DNA from: Intoshia linei
Taxonomy: Eukaryota > Animalia > Orthonectida
Direction: 5' to 3'
Length of the DNA: 64,000 nt
NCBI GenBank assembly: GCA_001642005.1
Contig: LWCA01000050.1
Location: 1-64,000 of the forward strand
A model generated the notes under the pieces. The model had not been told where the DNA came from. It saw nothing but the letters and a program-made list of their open reading frames with translations, and searched no databases. Shown here one piece after another: positions 54,020 through 64,000 of this stretch. How positions within the stretch are numbered: position 1 is the first letter of the stretch; each line of letters begins with the position of its first letter. Both the position numbers and the translations under genes were made by a program.

Positions 54020-55209
54020 TTTCAGAACAATTTTTTTTTTTAATTGTAGAACCATTAATAATTTAAAATGTTTTGTTTTACACATGTTAATAAAATAGTT
54101 TTAAAATAAAAAAAATAAATATTAAAGTACTTTTATGACCGTGAAGTCGTCACTTATTCAGATTGAAAATTTTTGTGTGTATTAACAGGATACAACTATA
54201 CCATCTGTAATTTTTTTATAAATTCTAAGGTTGTTTTCATTTTAAAAAAAAATGGTAATGTGGGTTTTGATCGTGAAAATTATTTTTTTCTAGGGTTTCC
54301 ATTTATGATTATGTGTATGATTTTAAAAAAACTATCCCAGAATTTATGTTTAAGAAAATTTTAGGGCATGTTTCATTTTTAAAACAAAGAGTAATTTGGG
54401 GGTTTGACCATGAATATAAGCGTTTCTGAGGCTGAAATTAACAAAAATGTTATTGATTTTAAAACGCGTTCCAGATTGTATGTTTTATTAAAATTTTGGG
54501 TTGATTTTGGGGTAATTTTTTTTAAACAAAAGGGAAAATGGGTTTATGACCCTGAAGGACTCAAATTCTGAAACTGAAAAATTGATAAAAACACCTCCTA
54601 GGAAAAACTGTATTAGAAATTGGGGTTTTTTAAACCCTGCGACTGTCAATTTTTTCAATAAATATTTACACACACAAACATACACAGACATTCATTTTTA
54701 TATACATTGTAAGTAAAGGACAATGCATTGTAATATTGGTAAAATTCATCAGAAATATGTTTTTAAACTGCTGCTTCCGTTAATTATTGATACAAAATTA
54801 ATATTTTTTAATCATCGAAAGAAGATACTGAATATATAGGTTTTTTTAAAATTTTATTTTTTATGGAATTTAAGCTATTTTGACAATTTTTAGGATATAC
54901 TATTTTGGCTTTATTTTTAAAAATTATACACTTATTATCTCTAATAAATTGAATAAATGGGATCACAAAATTGTTTTTAAAATTCTATACAAAAATGCTA
55001 ACCAAATAAAATTAAGTGGGAATTATTCATTTTTAATTAAAAGGTAATGTGAAATTTAAGTTTAGGAATGACTTCTTTAAATGATTGTTAATAATGAGTA
55101 GCATTTTTAACTTAGATTTTATTATTGAATTTTTTTAGAAAAAATAGATAAGTCCGCTCTCTGCAAAGCTAGGTGCTGTTTGTATGTAGTACATAACCGT
55201 CAACCTAGT
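54020..55209. mobile_element. Rearranged Helitron-like copy: 5' half inverted (54720 to about 54020), 3' half forward (54721-55209)
   Basis: Collinearity with 12730-13330 (reverse) and 13531-14118 (forward); canonical hairpin plus CTAG|T end. Confidence 0.7.
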
Positions 55210-55291
55210 ATTTTCTATATAATAATAAAAATTAAATCATAATAAATGACGTGGTGAATATCTGATTTAATTTTGAAAGTATAAAGAAATA

Positions 55292-55415
55292 CAGTACTCT
55301 CTATAACTCGCCATTATTCGGATTTGGAAAAAGTTGGTGAGATAGGGAATATGACGAGAAATAGAATTTAAAACTATAAAACATATATATATAAGAAACA
55401 GCAGATAAAACCTTT
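55292..55415. mobile_element. Truncated pogo-like MITE family B
   Basis: TA-CAGTACTCTCTATAACTCGCCA left end matching 9322 and 32175 copies. Confidence 0.7.
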
Positions 55416-58039
55416 ACATTAAAGGTCAAAAATTAAATAAAATCTGATTTTATTTTTTAAAATATTTCTTAAATAATATATTACACTAATATATATTAAA
55501 ATGCGATTTTTAAGGTGAAATATATTTTCGATACGTACGTCTTTTGTATGGAAATTTTGAATTTGTTTTGGCTTTACAATATGAAATAACTTTATTTGAT
55601 TTGATATTTTTTTGGTATAGTCTTTGAGAGTGATTACAAAAAAAAATTTGTCATTTTGGGAGTATACATTAGAACTAATATCTATAATAAAAATATTTAA
55701 CACATCCAACTTTGCATCATACATATATAAATGATTTAGTGATTCAATGAAAATTTTGTCCGTGTCATCAATTTGTAATATAAAGTGTATAGTGAATTGA
55801 AACTTTCGTACAACTCTTTTAATTTTTATTCAAAAAATTGTATCATTACTACAGACTGTATTGCCATAAAATCTCAAACGAGTATTATATGGGAGTGGTT
55901 TCAAATTAACAACAGAAATTTCATTTGTTTCTGAATCTTCATGTTTAGATAATATAAAAATTAACCTACCATTATATTTCTTATTAATAATTGCAATATA
56001 AAAATTGTTGGTCTGAGAATATTTGAGTATACTTTGATGATGATATGACCCAAAATGCTCCAATGTGTTATGTACGTATTTCAAAATTGTTGTGGTATTC
56101 ATAAACTCCAAAACAAATACATTTTTACATTTTAAAATTTCAACGATTTGATCGATACTATCAAACTTAACTTCTACCAAAGGAATTTTCATTGTATTAA
56201 TAAGAAAATATTTAAAATAATAACCAAATTGATATTTCATTTTTATGAATAACCATTTGATGCAAGAATCGGTGATGTTTTTATTAAAATCATATTTTTC
56301 ATCATCATTCACAATATATGTTACAGGCAATGTGAAAATTATATTTGTGAAGATTAATTGTCTATAGAGCCACTTTGGTAACTAAAGCTTAGTTTAATAA
56401 AATCGGTTAAACGCATTCATTATTTTCTTAATTTAAGATTTGGAGAGTGAGATTTAGAGTCAGCTTTAGTAACTAAAGCTTAGTTTAACTTAGTTATTTA
56501 GACTACAGACCCCAGTTAAAACTGAAATATTAAAATTAATTTTTTACGTAGATTTGCCTGGATTTCCAAACTGCCTGTAACATATACACTGCACTCTACT
56601 TTATATTTAGTACATTTATGTATTTAAACATTATAATTTAGTAACTTGACTAATACAGAGTGTTCATTTTATGACTATACTTTTGATAAAATTAATAAAC
56701 TTACCAATAAATACTTAATAATTTTTGAAATAAAAATGTGAACATTAAATAATTATAGCGACTATTACACCAAGAATCATAATATCGAAGATTTTATAAA
56801 ATCTTATAAAATGATTTTTTTGTACCAAAATACAATGAAGGTTTTATTTTTTGATTCGATTATTACATGATATGAACACAAAATAAAGTACAATTAAGAG
56901 GTTTTATTAAAAATTATATTTAAAACACTAAACAGGATTAGTTCTATTTGTATAAAATACTAACAGGGATCACTAGGTTTTGTGATCATTATTTTGTATG
57001 GGAAATATTTATGTTGTTTTAGACATTTGTGTATTGATCCGATAGATAAATTAAAAACTTGAGAAATACTACGTATAGATGTGGAAGGGTCATTGTCTAC
57101 AAATGATGTTATTTATAGTTTCTTTTCATCAGTTAATTTGTAATATTTTTTGATTTAGGTAAGTGGTTCAGTGAGACTGTTTTATTCAATTTAAGGACTA
57201 AATTAAGCCCTAAATTGTGATGGAAGCCTATCAATTCCAAATTTATTTATAAAACTTTCTCGTACAATTATATCAAATTTCCGATATTTAATCATCTCAT
57301 GAACTAGGAATAATCTGTCATCCATTAAAATCATAATATCGATCAAATTTAGTTTCAAAAAGTTTACATACAGATGGTTTTGAAGTTAGAATATATTTCA
57401 TTTTTACAACAAAAGGTAATTTGTGGTTTTGATCATGAAAGTGTGCGTTCCAGAGTATATGTTTTATTAGATTTATTCAATTTTTGGGCTTATTTTTTTA
57501 AACAAAAGGGTAAATTGGGTTTTCTACTATGAAGGACTCAAAAAAATACGAAAAAATCAATTATATATATTTCCACCCATATTTTTCTATTGGAAATGTG
57601 TAGACGTTTAATACATTTTTTTTAATTGTAGGATGAATATTCACTTTTTTGAAATAAAAAAAATGAATACTTAAGTGCTTTTTTGATTGTGAAGACGTCA
57701 CTTTGTCAGATTGAATTTTTTTGTTTTTTAACTGGATATAACTATCATCCATAATTTTTATTAAAATTCTAGGGCTGTTTTTATTTTTTCTAAAAAAGTA
57801 CACGACATAACAGTCAAGCTATTATTATTTATATATTTCAGTCCTCAAAATCACATTGTGACTGAAAATTAAATTCAAGAGGTGTAAATGATCAAAGTTA
57901 ATAGTATACATTTAATCATAAATATGATTATATATTACATGTTAATTAATACATCTTTGATAATTTAAATTGTTTCTGGTTTTAACTTTAATTTTTGTTT
58001 AACATAGTACGTCCTGATATCTTCACCCTAAAAATATTT

Positions 58040-58255
58040 TTATAGGACATCCAAATCAATGTTATCAAGTGTCACAATCAAATTTTATAAGTTTAACAAT
58101 AACAATAGATAATAAAGATAAAGATAACAATAAAATCGAAAAAATCAAACCATTAATAAATTTCTTTCAATTTCTCTTATTAATCTCAATTTCGGGTTTT
58201 CACAACAGATTTCTGCATAGATGAACAAATGATACCGTATAGTGGATTTCGTATA
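58040..58255 (+). mobile_element. piggyBac transposase remnant
   Basis: KIEKIKPLIN...FCIDEQMIPYSG, the first catalytic Asp motif of piggyBac transposases. Confidence 0.65.
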
Positions 58256-58287
58256 TTCTAATAAGTTTGTACTGGTACCCCCTAGGG

Positions 58288-59230
58288 CAGTGGTTCTTAA
58301 CCGGGGTGCATAATCATTTTTTTTTAATTACATTAATAAAATAATTGTGAAAAATTAATTACTTATATTATATTTATTATATATTTATTATTATTATTAT
58401 TATTATATATAATTATATTTTTATTATCAACAAAAAGATTAGATAATTTCATCTTGTGAATACTTATTAAGTTAAGTTAATAATTAACGCTCATTGAATT
58501 TATTTACAATCATTTATTAATCATATTAATTTTGTATTTTCAACTTTTTTAAGGTATATAAATTAAGTATTTTAAGATATAAATTATCATAGTTTTTAAC
58601 CTTTTCTAAGGATGTCTAAAAAAAGACAATGAAATAACTATTACGTATAATTTGGTTTTATCTGTTGTAATGATGCAGATGAAACCGAAAAACCTCAGTG
58701 CATTTACTTTTCGATACATTTTTATGCAATAATAGCATAAAGCCAAACCTCCTACGTAATCATCAGAATATAAAACACTCAAACCTCATTGACAGTGTTG
58801 AAGTTATTGCTCGAAAGAGTAGACTTTTTGATATAGGTGGAACAGTTGACAATTTATCATTTAATCTCCATGTAACAAAATTGTAGAGGCATAATATCAT
58901 GTTACTTACATGTTTTCTAAACAAAAAAAGCATCATACCATCGGAAATGTTGATCAAACCCTGTACTCTTAACATTGCAAAACTTCTACTTGGCGAAAAA
59001 CAAAAAAGGGCACTTAAATCAATTCCTTTGTAAAAGGATTAAAAATTTAGCAGAAGTTATCGAACTTTAAGTTATGGATGAACTTCAAATAAGCCTAGTA
59101 AAATTTAGTTTACAATTAGACTAATCTACTGATGTGTTTGCAAGATATGTTGTAAATGATAACATTAAGGAGGAATATCTGTTTTGTGAGTGATTAAATA
59201 AAACTACAAGAGAATTGATGTATTCGAAAT
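58288..59230 (+). mobile_element. Decayed hAT (Buster/ZBED5-like) element, 5' part
   Basis: TIR-like CAGTGGTTCTTAACC; fragments FGF...EKPQC...SIKPNLLRNHQNIKH, SEMLIKPCTL, FSLQLD*STDV, IKEEYLFC. Confidence 0.75.
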
Positions 59231-59484
59231 AAATTATATATTAATAAATTAAAATATATATAAAATTTTTTATGGGCCATATAATTTACTTTGGCCTCCA
59301 AATAGAAAAAATAGAAACAGTCCCTTGATTTTTCTAGTTGCCCTTTGGGAAATATATTATATACTGTATACCATTTTAGCGTATTTTTAAAATTTCAACC
59401 GTCTCCAAAAAAAGTTATGAAAACAATTTTTTTTGGAATAGTTACATATGTATCATACAAGAAATTATATGATTTTTGGATATA

Positions 59485-60943
59485 CAGTGTTGATCATAAA
59501 ATTATAATAATTGTAAAAATTTTATATTTATCGTCATATCTTTTGTATATTATAACCTATCTAAAATGTTTGATCTAAATAAGTACTACCAATAAGTATT
59601 AAATCGATTAGAAATGTTGTTGTTTTCAAAATTAATGTACAGTGTACACTGTACATTGTACACGTAGTAAGGATGGATTTAAGTGCATACGCGAAAAATT
59701 GCGTATTTAAAAAATATGTATCATAGTGAAGATATTTCTTCCCAAACAAACAATCATATAATCTCATTGCTAGAAAAATCTGATTACAGTCAACACAAAA
59801 TTGCAGACGTGTGTGGTGTGTCTCAGTCAGCTGTATCCATTATAAAAAAAATATGTCGAAATCTCAACAAAGTAGTAATTTATACAGAAAAAAGTATGGT
59901 AAAAAAAATCCACGAATCAAAGAACAGACCGAGTTATACTCAGAACAGCTCTAGAAAATAGAAATTCTAGCTCGCTGAAATCTCTAGAATATTACAAACT
60001 AAAAATGTTAATGTGTCAAGGTTAACTGTTAATCGTAGGCTATTGGAGGCAGCTTACACATCTTACCAAAAAACAAGAAAACCCCTCTTTACTGAGAGAA
60101 TGAAAAAAACAAGGTTTTTATGGGCAAAAAGTCGTGAAAATTGGAATGAACATAAATGGAATGAGGTTATTTATTAATAAGTTAAAATAAATTGTATTAT
60201 ATATTCATTAATTTTGTACTAATTAATAAAAAACCACCTAATTTTTAATTTTATAGGTTATTTTTTCGGACGAATCAATGATTTTTGTTATGGGAAACCA
60301 ATATAAAAATGTGCGCAGAAGATCATGCGAATCATCAAGGCCAGACTGCATCATACAAACAGTAAAATTTTCCAACAAAAGTAATGGTTTGGGGGCTATA
60401 TCTTCTATGGGAATGAGTGAATTACAGATTTGTGAAGGTATAATGAACCAGCATACCTATAAAAATGTATTAAACAATTTTTTTGATGAAATGACACAAC
60501 GGCACATTGATCAGAAGTATACATTCCAACATGATTACGCTCCATGTCACAAAGCCAAATCTGTAACTTCATATTTCCAAAATGAAGGGATTGCCGTTCT
60601 TGAATGGCCCGGAAATTCCCCAGATATGAATCCAATCGAAAATTTGCTGGCACAATTGAAAGAGGAGGTTCATACAATTCCAATAAGATCAAAATCGAAA
60701 CTGATCATTCGTCTACATACAGTATGGAACAATTCTTCTAATTTGAAAAAACTAGCAAAAGACGTATTAATAGTATGCCACGCAGAATTATTGCTCTCAT
60801 ACATGCTGAAGGAGGTGTTACAAAATATTAATTAATTCTAATTAAACATAAATATATGTGTAACTTATTTCATCTACTCATTAGTGAATTAGTAACAAAA
60901 GAATATGTAAAAAATAATTATTATAATATTATGATCAACACTG
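59485..60943 (+). mobile_element. Tc1-family DD34E transposon with a 91-bp spliceosomal intron (60166-60256), frameshifted
   Basis: TIRs CAGTGTTGATCATAA with TA TSDs; HTH region from about 59717; WNE|VIFSDES, FQHDYAPCH, WPGNSPDMNPIEN (34 residues between D and E). Confidence 0.92.
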
Positions 60944-61051
60944 TAATTTCCAAAAAACTTTCTTAAAATCTCTAGTCCCACTACCCTACGATGATCTGTA
61001 TACTAGGATAGATAGGATATACGCGTATCTGAGACACAACGGCGCTTAGTA

Positions 61052-62294
61052 CTAAGATGACGATGTAACAGGGCTTCGGATGTAACACATAAACAATACT
61101 AATAGTTGATAACTCACTAACAGTTTTCCAACACTACTCTGTAAAGATAAGTATATTACATCATAGGTGAACAAATCTCCATCATCTATAACAGGATCGT
61201 ATACGTTAATTTCTCTTAATGTACTCTCTGTTATGTGAACTTGCATTGGCTAAATTTTGAAAAATTTAAAATTTAAAAATTAATGATTCACCAGTGCCGA
61301 ACTTTCCATACTATTAGCCATAACAGATGTATCTCCAAACAAAGAGTATCGAGGACGTTTATTCCCAACTATTCCTGCTACAAGTGGCCCAGAATTTATA
61401 CCTAATTGAATAAAACCAATGTATTTATTAAGTATAATCTAGTATACCTAGTCTAATTTTCAATTTATATTTATCATTTTTCTTTGAAAAAAGTTCCAAA
61501 GATTCTATTAAATCAAAAGCACAATTCACTGCATAAAATGCATGGTATTTTGATTCTATAGGAATTCCACCAACTAAAACATATGCATCGCCTATAGTTT
61601 CTATCTAAATTTAGGATAACAAAATTTTTGATTGAGATGATCTGTAATGAGGATTTAAGTTTGATTTAATTCCAAAGAGAAGTAAAATATTCTATAGGGA
61701 TAAAATCGTATCAATATGACCATCCCAATAGCATATTATACCAGAATTAAGAATCATATGCAACAGTTAAGTATCTCATTAAGATTACAATGTAATGTAA
61801 TTTCGTTAAACACGCTTTCATAGTTTTAAATGCCTGGTGACATTTATTGTTGCAAGCGTGGGTATAGTGTCATTTCAGAGTTTTTCTAACAACTTGAGAA
61901 ATTTAAAAATTTATAGCTTTCACTGAAGAAACTGTTAAATTTATTTTGATAACGGATGCATCCTGAACAAAGTACAAGTACATGTAACTGTATTTTTGTA
62001 ATTTTATCAAAAGTGGAAAACCTACTGTAATGAAGACCCAGTAGTAAAAATTGTCAATAAAATTATTTCGATGCTAATCAACATACTTTACCTTGTAAAC
62101 ATTGTTTTTTAAGCAGACATCATCAAAAATAGTAAATACATATGTCAATAAATTTATGACGTCCATTGGCTAAATTTTTGTAATTATATTAAAATGTACA
62201 TTAATGTTAATTATTAAAAATTTACAGTTAAATTACTACAAATATTTGTAAATCCTACGATGTCTGTATAGAGAACGGTTGCACATTTGAATAT
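61052..62294 (-). CDS. Guanylyl cyclase catalytic domain (3' exons 62294-62226, 62169-62092, 61604-61448, 61401-61292, 61249 to about 61052); 5' part outside window, last exon uncertain
   Basis: [59 protein letters not shown]. Confidence 0.88.
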
Positions 62295-62390
62295 CTAAAA
62301 AATAGGCATTATACATGATGTAGCGCAGTGATTCACAACGAGCACCATGTGAACCATTTCCACATAACTATTTTGAGGGTCATTTTAGAC

Positions 62391-63605
62391 CAGGGATGGG
62401 CAACATACGGCCGGAAATAATTTTTATTATAAAAATTTACATAATAACATATTTTGTCGTCTTAAATGAGCAAGATAATAAAAAAGAGAAAAGTGGACTC
62501 TGAATGCAGAATTTTCCAAAAATTATGGGAATTAGATTATTATTTTATGGAGCACTACAACAAACCTGTTTGTGTTGTTGCCAAGAAAATGTTGCTGTTA
62601 ATAAAGTAAATAACATCAAGCTTCATAACATAACAATGAAAACAAACTTAAATCGACATTTCAAAAAATTCATAGAAATTTGAGATCAGACGAATTTAAT
62701 AAATTAAAAAATAGTTTAAAAAAATCAGGCTATTTTGTTTACGAATAGGGTTGCCAACTGCATTATTTCCCCTCTGAGACTTCGGCTTTTCAAATTCAAC
62801 TCAGGGTTCAGGGTTAAGTGATATTTCTCAGGGTAATTTAATTATTTCAATCAAAATCATCAGATATATTGATGTATAAGATGTGTAAACTGTTATTATT
62901 TTTTTAAAAAGAGACCCCAAAGTAAAAGAGGGCCCCAAAAAAAATTTAAATAACAAAAAAATAACACGCTTCGCTCAAAAATTCGGGTTAAGAATAACTT
63001 AATGTTGGTAATCCTATTCACGAATAGGATGGGTACAGATAAAAATAATACTAATGCCAGTTATGTTATTTCAAAATTGATTGCACAACGCATGAAACCG
63101 GTATCTGATGGAGAGTTTATTAAAGTGCCCAACTTGCAATTTTTGTCAGAGGCGTAATTTACAAATTAGAAATTGTTGAAGAATTTTTTGAATTAATACC
63201 TATGAAAGGGAATTCCACTGGAAGAGACATCTTTGATGCAATAATGAAAATAATCTCAAAAATAAATCTTAACATACGTAAATTTGTTGGGCTTATTACG
63301 GACGGTACTCCATCTATGATAGGCTCAAAAAAAGTTAATGCAAGAACATTTAAAAAATGAAGACATTCTCAATCAATTTCTCTAAAAAACTTTCATTGTA
63401 TAATTCATCAAGAAGAATTATGTCGAAAATTGATGAAACTTAACGATATAATGACATTTGTGATAAAAACTAAATTTTATTTTTTATAATAAAAATTTAA
63501 AATAAATATATTCAAACCAAAAATTCTTAAAATTTATTTGTCCGGCCCACCCATCTATTTTATATAACAATCCGGCCCGCTATCACAGAAAGTTGCCCAT
63601 CCCTG
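62391..63605 (+). mobile_element. SPIN/GTF2IRD2-like hAT deletion derivative nested in another hAT-like MITE (about 62326-63692), within the cyclase intron
   Basis: TIRs CAGGGATGGGCAAC / GTTGCCCATCCCTG, imperfect TSD TTTTAGAC/TCTTAGAT; fragments KRKVDSECR, ASYVISKLIA..KP.SDGEFIK, AQLAIFVRGV, FHCIIHQEELC. Confidence 0.85.
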
Positions 63606-63779
63606 TCTTAGATTCTATATTATAGAGTCTATTGAGAGTCTATAGAGATTTCTGTGACAAGTGGTCCATGGTGGAAAAAGTTTGGGACTCTATAACATAG
63701 AGCCTCAATATAATATTTAAAAAATATTTTCATTATCATTATTAACCATTTTATTAGACTATTACACTAGTATTCTATA

Positions 63780-63947
63780 TACATACACCTATATTCAAAT
63801 ATACTTTTAGCTATTTAAAAAAGTGCGGAGCCTAATATATAACTCAAAAAATTATTATTTTAAGTATCAAAAATAATAGAATCAAAAAATTTCGTCTTCA
63901 ACAGAGCTAGGATGCTGTTTGTACGAAATGCATAACAGTCAATTAGT
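63780..63947 (+). mobile_element. Helitron-like 3' end
   Basis: GCTGTTTGTACGAAATGCATAACAGTCAATTAG|T matches the family 3' end. Confidence 0.6.
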
Positions 63948-64000
63948 ACTTAATAACAATTGACTAAATTGAATTTGAAAAACTGTGCAGTTAAGAGAAA

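Larger units (their letters stand above)
53040..56360 (-). pseudogene. Decayed Vps10/sortilin-like gene interrupted by Helitron and MITE insertions
   Basis: Collinear ORF pieces joined across two in-frame TGA codons (55830, 53602) and a frameshift near 53470; Asp-box-like SRNNGDSF and NYDGTHW; Cys-rich tail KRCKITTSDYE...DPC...CSNLDYICRINFKRSINNLC like the Vps10 10CC module. Confidence 0.55.

Noticed and set aside
53602-55832. UGA-to-Trp recoding suggested by two in-frame TGA codons linking ORFs
   Set aside because: The same region uses TGG for Trp and has a frameshift and TE insertions, and TGA is a true stop in MDN1; ordinary pseudogene decay is simpler
60970-61090. GC-richer segment beginning TGTTACA on the minus strand as a solo LTR
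   Set aside because: No partner LTR, TSD or PBS identifiable; may be the cyclase 3' end

Overview
Very AT-rich animal genomic DNA with spliceosomal genes and bimodal introns: most are 32-55 bp, and the few long ones are filled with transposon debris. Gene content and the tiny introns suggest a reduced parasitic invertebrate such as an orthonectid (inference, not verified). Manual splicing recovers, in order: an SLC16/MCT-like transporter (3' end outside window), a bHLH gene, a divergent Runx ending IWRPYI*, a sulfotransferase-like/BCAT-like N-terminal-domain gene with two GC-AG introns, an uncharacterised 633-aa multipass membrane protein, PSMA5, a hidden 56-aa SNAPC5-like microgene, MRPS18A, a calponin/myophilin, IMPDH, midasin (one 11.9-kb exon), a decayed Vps10/sortilin-like gene, and the 3' part of a guanylyl cyclase lacking the catalytic Asn/Arg. 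Mobile DNA includes Tc1/mariner (one copy with an intron), pogo-type MITEs, hAT, piggyBac, Chapaev3-like, gypsy and a non-autonomous Helitron-like family, often nested. The most striking feature is the ultra-compact 28.6-31.7 kb cluster, where CDSs lie 15-20 bp apart. All family assignments are from motif recognition; no database search was run.
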